From Candidatus Woesearchaeota archaeon (GTDB lineage: Archaea; Nanobdellota; Nanobdellia; Pacearchaeales; GW2011-AR1), in NCBI GenBank assembly GCA_964632115.1, contig CAZWEB010000003.1, forward strand, positions 1-33,731: DNA of 33,731 nt, written 5' to 3'. The notes beneath the pieces were generated by a model, which was given only the letters and a program-made list of their open reading frames with translations, was not told the origin of the DNA and made no database searches. Below are positions 33,101 to 33,731 of the stretch, one piece after another. The position numbers and the translations under genes are program-made. Within the stretch, counting starts at the first letter, position 1. Each line of letters begins with the position of its first letter.

Positions 33101-33152
33101 TAGTAAGAGAAATATAAATTTACAATCTATTCAAGGTATTATTAATTCTTCT

Positions 33153-33190
33153 GCAAGAAATCCGCATAGTTTAGTGTGCGGATGAATTGC
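33153..33190. repeat. Bulged hairpin: GCAA-gaa-ATCCGCA / TGCGGAT-gaa-TTGC
   Basis: A 7-bp stem pairs 33160-33166 with 33177-33183 around a 10-nt loop. An outer 4-bp stem pairs 33153-33156 with 33187-33190 across a 3-nt internal mismatch. Confidence 0.6.
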
Positions 33191-33221
33191 GTTACATATT
33201 TATTTCTTGAATGATTATGAA

Positions 33222-33245
33222 CAATGAGTTAGTTGTAACTCATTG
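33222..33245. repeat. Perfect 10-bp inverted repeat CAATGAGTTA / TAACTCATTG with 4-nt loop
   Basis: Read directly: 33222-33231 pairs with 33236-33245, and the loop is GTTG. Confidence 0.75.
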
Positions 33246-33287
33246 CAATCAACAATAGTTAGAACTTTCTCACCTAAATAAACTTTT

Positions 33288-33306
33288 GCATTCGCTTAGC
33301 GAATGC
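33288..33306. repeat. Perfect 8-bp inverted repeat GCATTCGC / GCGAATGC with 3-nt loop, just upstream of the tnpA SD/ATG
   Basis: Read directly: 33288-33295 pairs with 33299-33306. It ends 4 nt before GGAG and 13 nt before the ATG. Confidence 0.7.
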
Positions 33307-33318
33307 TATGGAGAAAAA

Positions 33319-33731
33319 ATGGAAACACAAAATCTAGCAAATGAATATGAACACTATAGCCATTCAGTTGGAACATTAATGCTTCATCTTGAATGGGTAA
33401 CTAAATACAGATATAAAATGTTTAGAAAAGAAGAGCAGAAAAACCTTGTTACTGCCTGCATCAGAAGAGCTGCAAGTCTGCATGAAATTAAAATTATTGA
33501 AATTCAAGTAATGCCCGAGCATGTTCATGTAGCTGTTCAAGTTGCATTAACTTTATCTCCTGCAAAAGTCTTGCAGATTTTAAAAGGAATTAGTGCAAGA
33601 CTTTTCTTTATGAAAAATCCAAAGGCAAGATTAAGATTGCCCAAAGGAAATTTATGGAGTAAAGGAAAATTCGCAGCTTCTCTTGGTTTTATTCAAGTTG
33701 GTGCTGCGAGAGAATATATAAAGAAACAAGC
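33319..33731 (+). CDS. tnpA: IS200/IS605-family Y1 (HUH) transposase TnpA, 3' end cut by window edge
   Basis: I translated this by hand. The product is METQNLANEYEHYSHSVGTLMLHLEWVTKYRYKMF...MPEHVHVAVQ (HUH motif) ...LWSKGKFAASLGFIQVGAAREYIKKQ, with the catalytic-Tyr helix YIxxQ. An SD-like GGAG lies at 33310-33313. Confidence 0.85.
   Translation, partial: METQNLANEYEHYSHSVGTLMLHLEWVTKYRYKMFRKEEQKNLVTACIRRAASLHEIKIIEIQVMPEHVHVAVQVALTLSPAKVLQILKGISARLFFMKNPKARLRLPKGNLWSKGKFAASLGFIQVGAAREYIKKQ

Larger units (their letters stand above)
33153..33731 (+). mobile_element. Left end of an IS200/IS605-family insertion sequence (partial)
   Basis: Three subterminal hairpins lie upstream of a Y1 transposase gene. 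The exact left boundary is not determinable from this window. Confidence 0.55.

Noticed and set aside
1-33731. A bacterial (CPR/Patescibacteria) origin, and the presence of RNA genes or CRISPR arrays.
   Set aside because: The secF-before-secD order, the GT-C enzyme and the T/A boxes at about -25 (not -10/-35 spacing) from leaderless-type starts favour an archaeon. This remains an inference without phylogenetic placement. I scanned the few intergenic gaps longer than 100 bp (3152-3251, 7771-7955, 10697-10842, 22349-22488, 33031-33318). None has the G+C-rich helices of a tRNA or rRNA, or regularly spaced direct repeats.

Overview
All homology calls below come from reading motifs by eye. No database search was run.

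The window is strongly AT-rich, roughly one-third G+C or less by eye. It most likely comes from a small-genome archaeon (DPANN-like). Three things support this: the secF->secD gene order, a GT-C/ArnT-like glycosyltransferase, and TATA-like boxes centred 24.5-26.5 nt upstream of the ATG of first-in-operon genes (a leaderless-type architecture).

Layout:
- 1-2080 is a housekeeping edge: SecF tail, SecD and a small membrane protein.
- About 2.1-33.0 kb is one large accessory surface-modification island.
- 33.0-33.7 kb is the left end of an IS200/IS605 element, with subterminal hairpins and a Y1 transposase cut by the window edge.

The island has three parts.
- Glycosylation block: GHMP sugar kinase, GT-C/ArnT-like enzyme, GT2, small methyltransferase, FAD oxidoreductase, Wzx-like flippase.
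- Phosphonate (C-P) block: a PEP mutase with the EDKxxxxxNS signature fused to a nucleotidyltransferase, phosphonopyruvate decarboxylase, 2-aminoethylphosphonate transaminase, a stand-alone cytidylyltransferase-like NTase and a CDP-alcohol transferase. Cobalamin-binding radical SAM enzymes are interleaved, and one of them looks Fom3-like.
- Tightly coupled cassette: GT9-like transferase, three paralogous SPASM/twitch-type radical SAM enzymes plus a fourth, an RmlD-like reductase, a minimal split transketolase and a Nudix hydrolase.

In total there are ten radical SAM genes, six of them class B (B12-binding), in about 27 kb. The main candidate for an undescribed system is a phosphonate-bearing cell-surface glycan or lipid pathway with extensive radical tailoring, probably methylation. 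The fosfomycin (HppE, FomC) and methylphosphonate (MpnS) tailoring genes are absent. No rRNA, tRNA or CRISPR array was seen.
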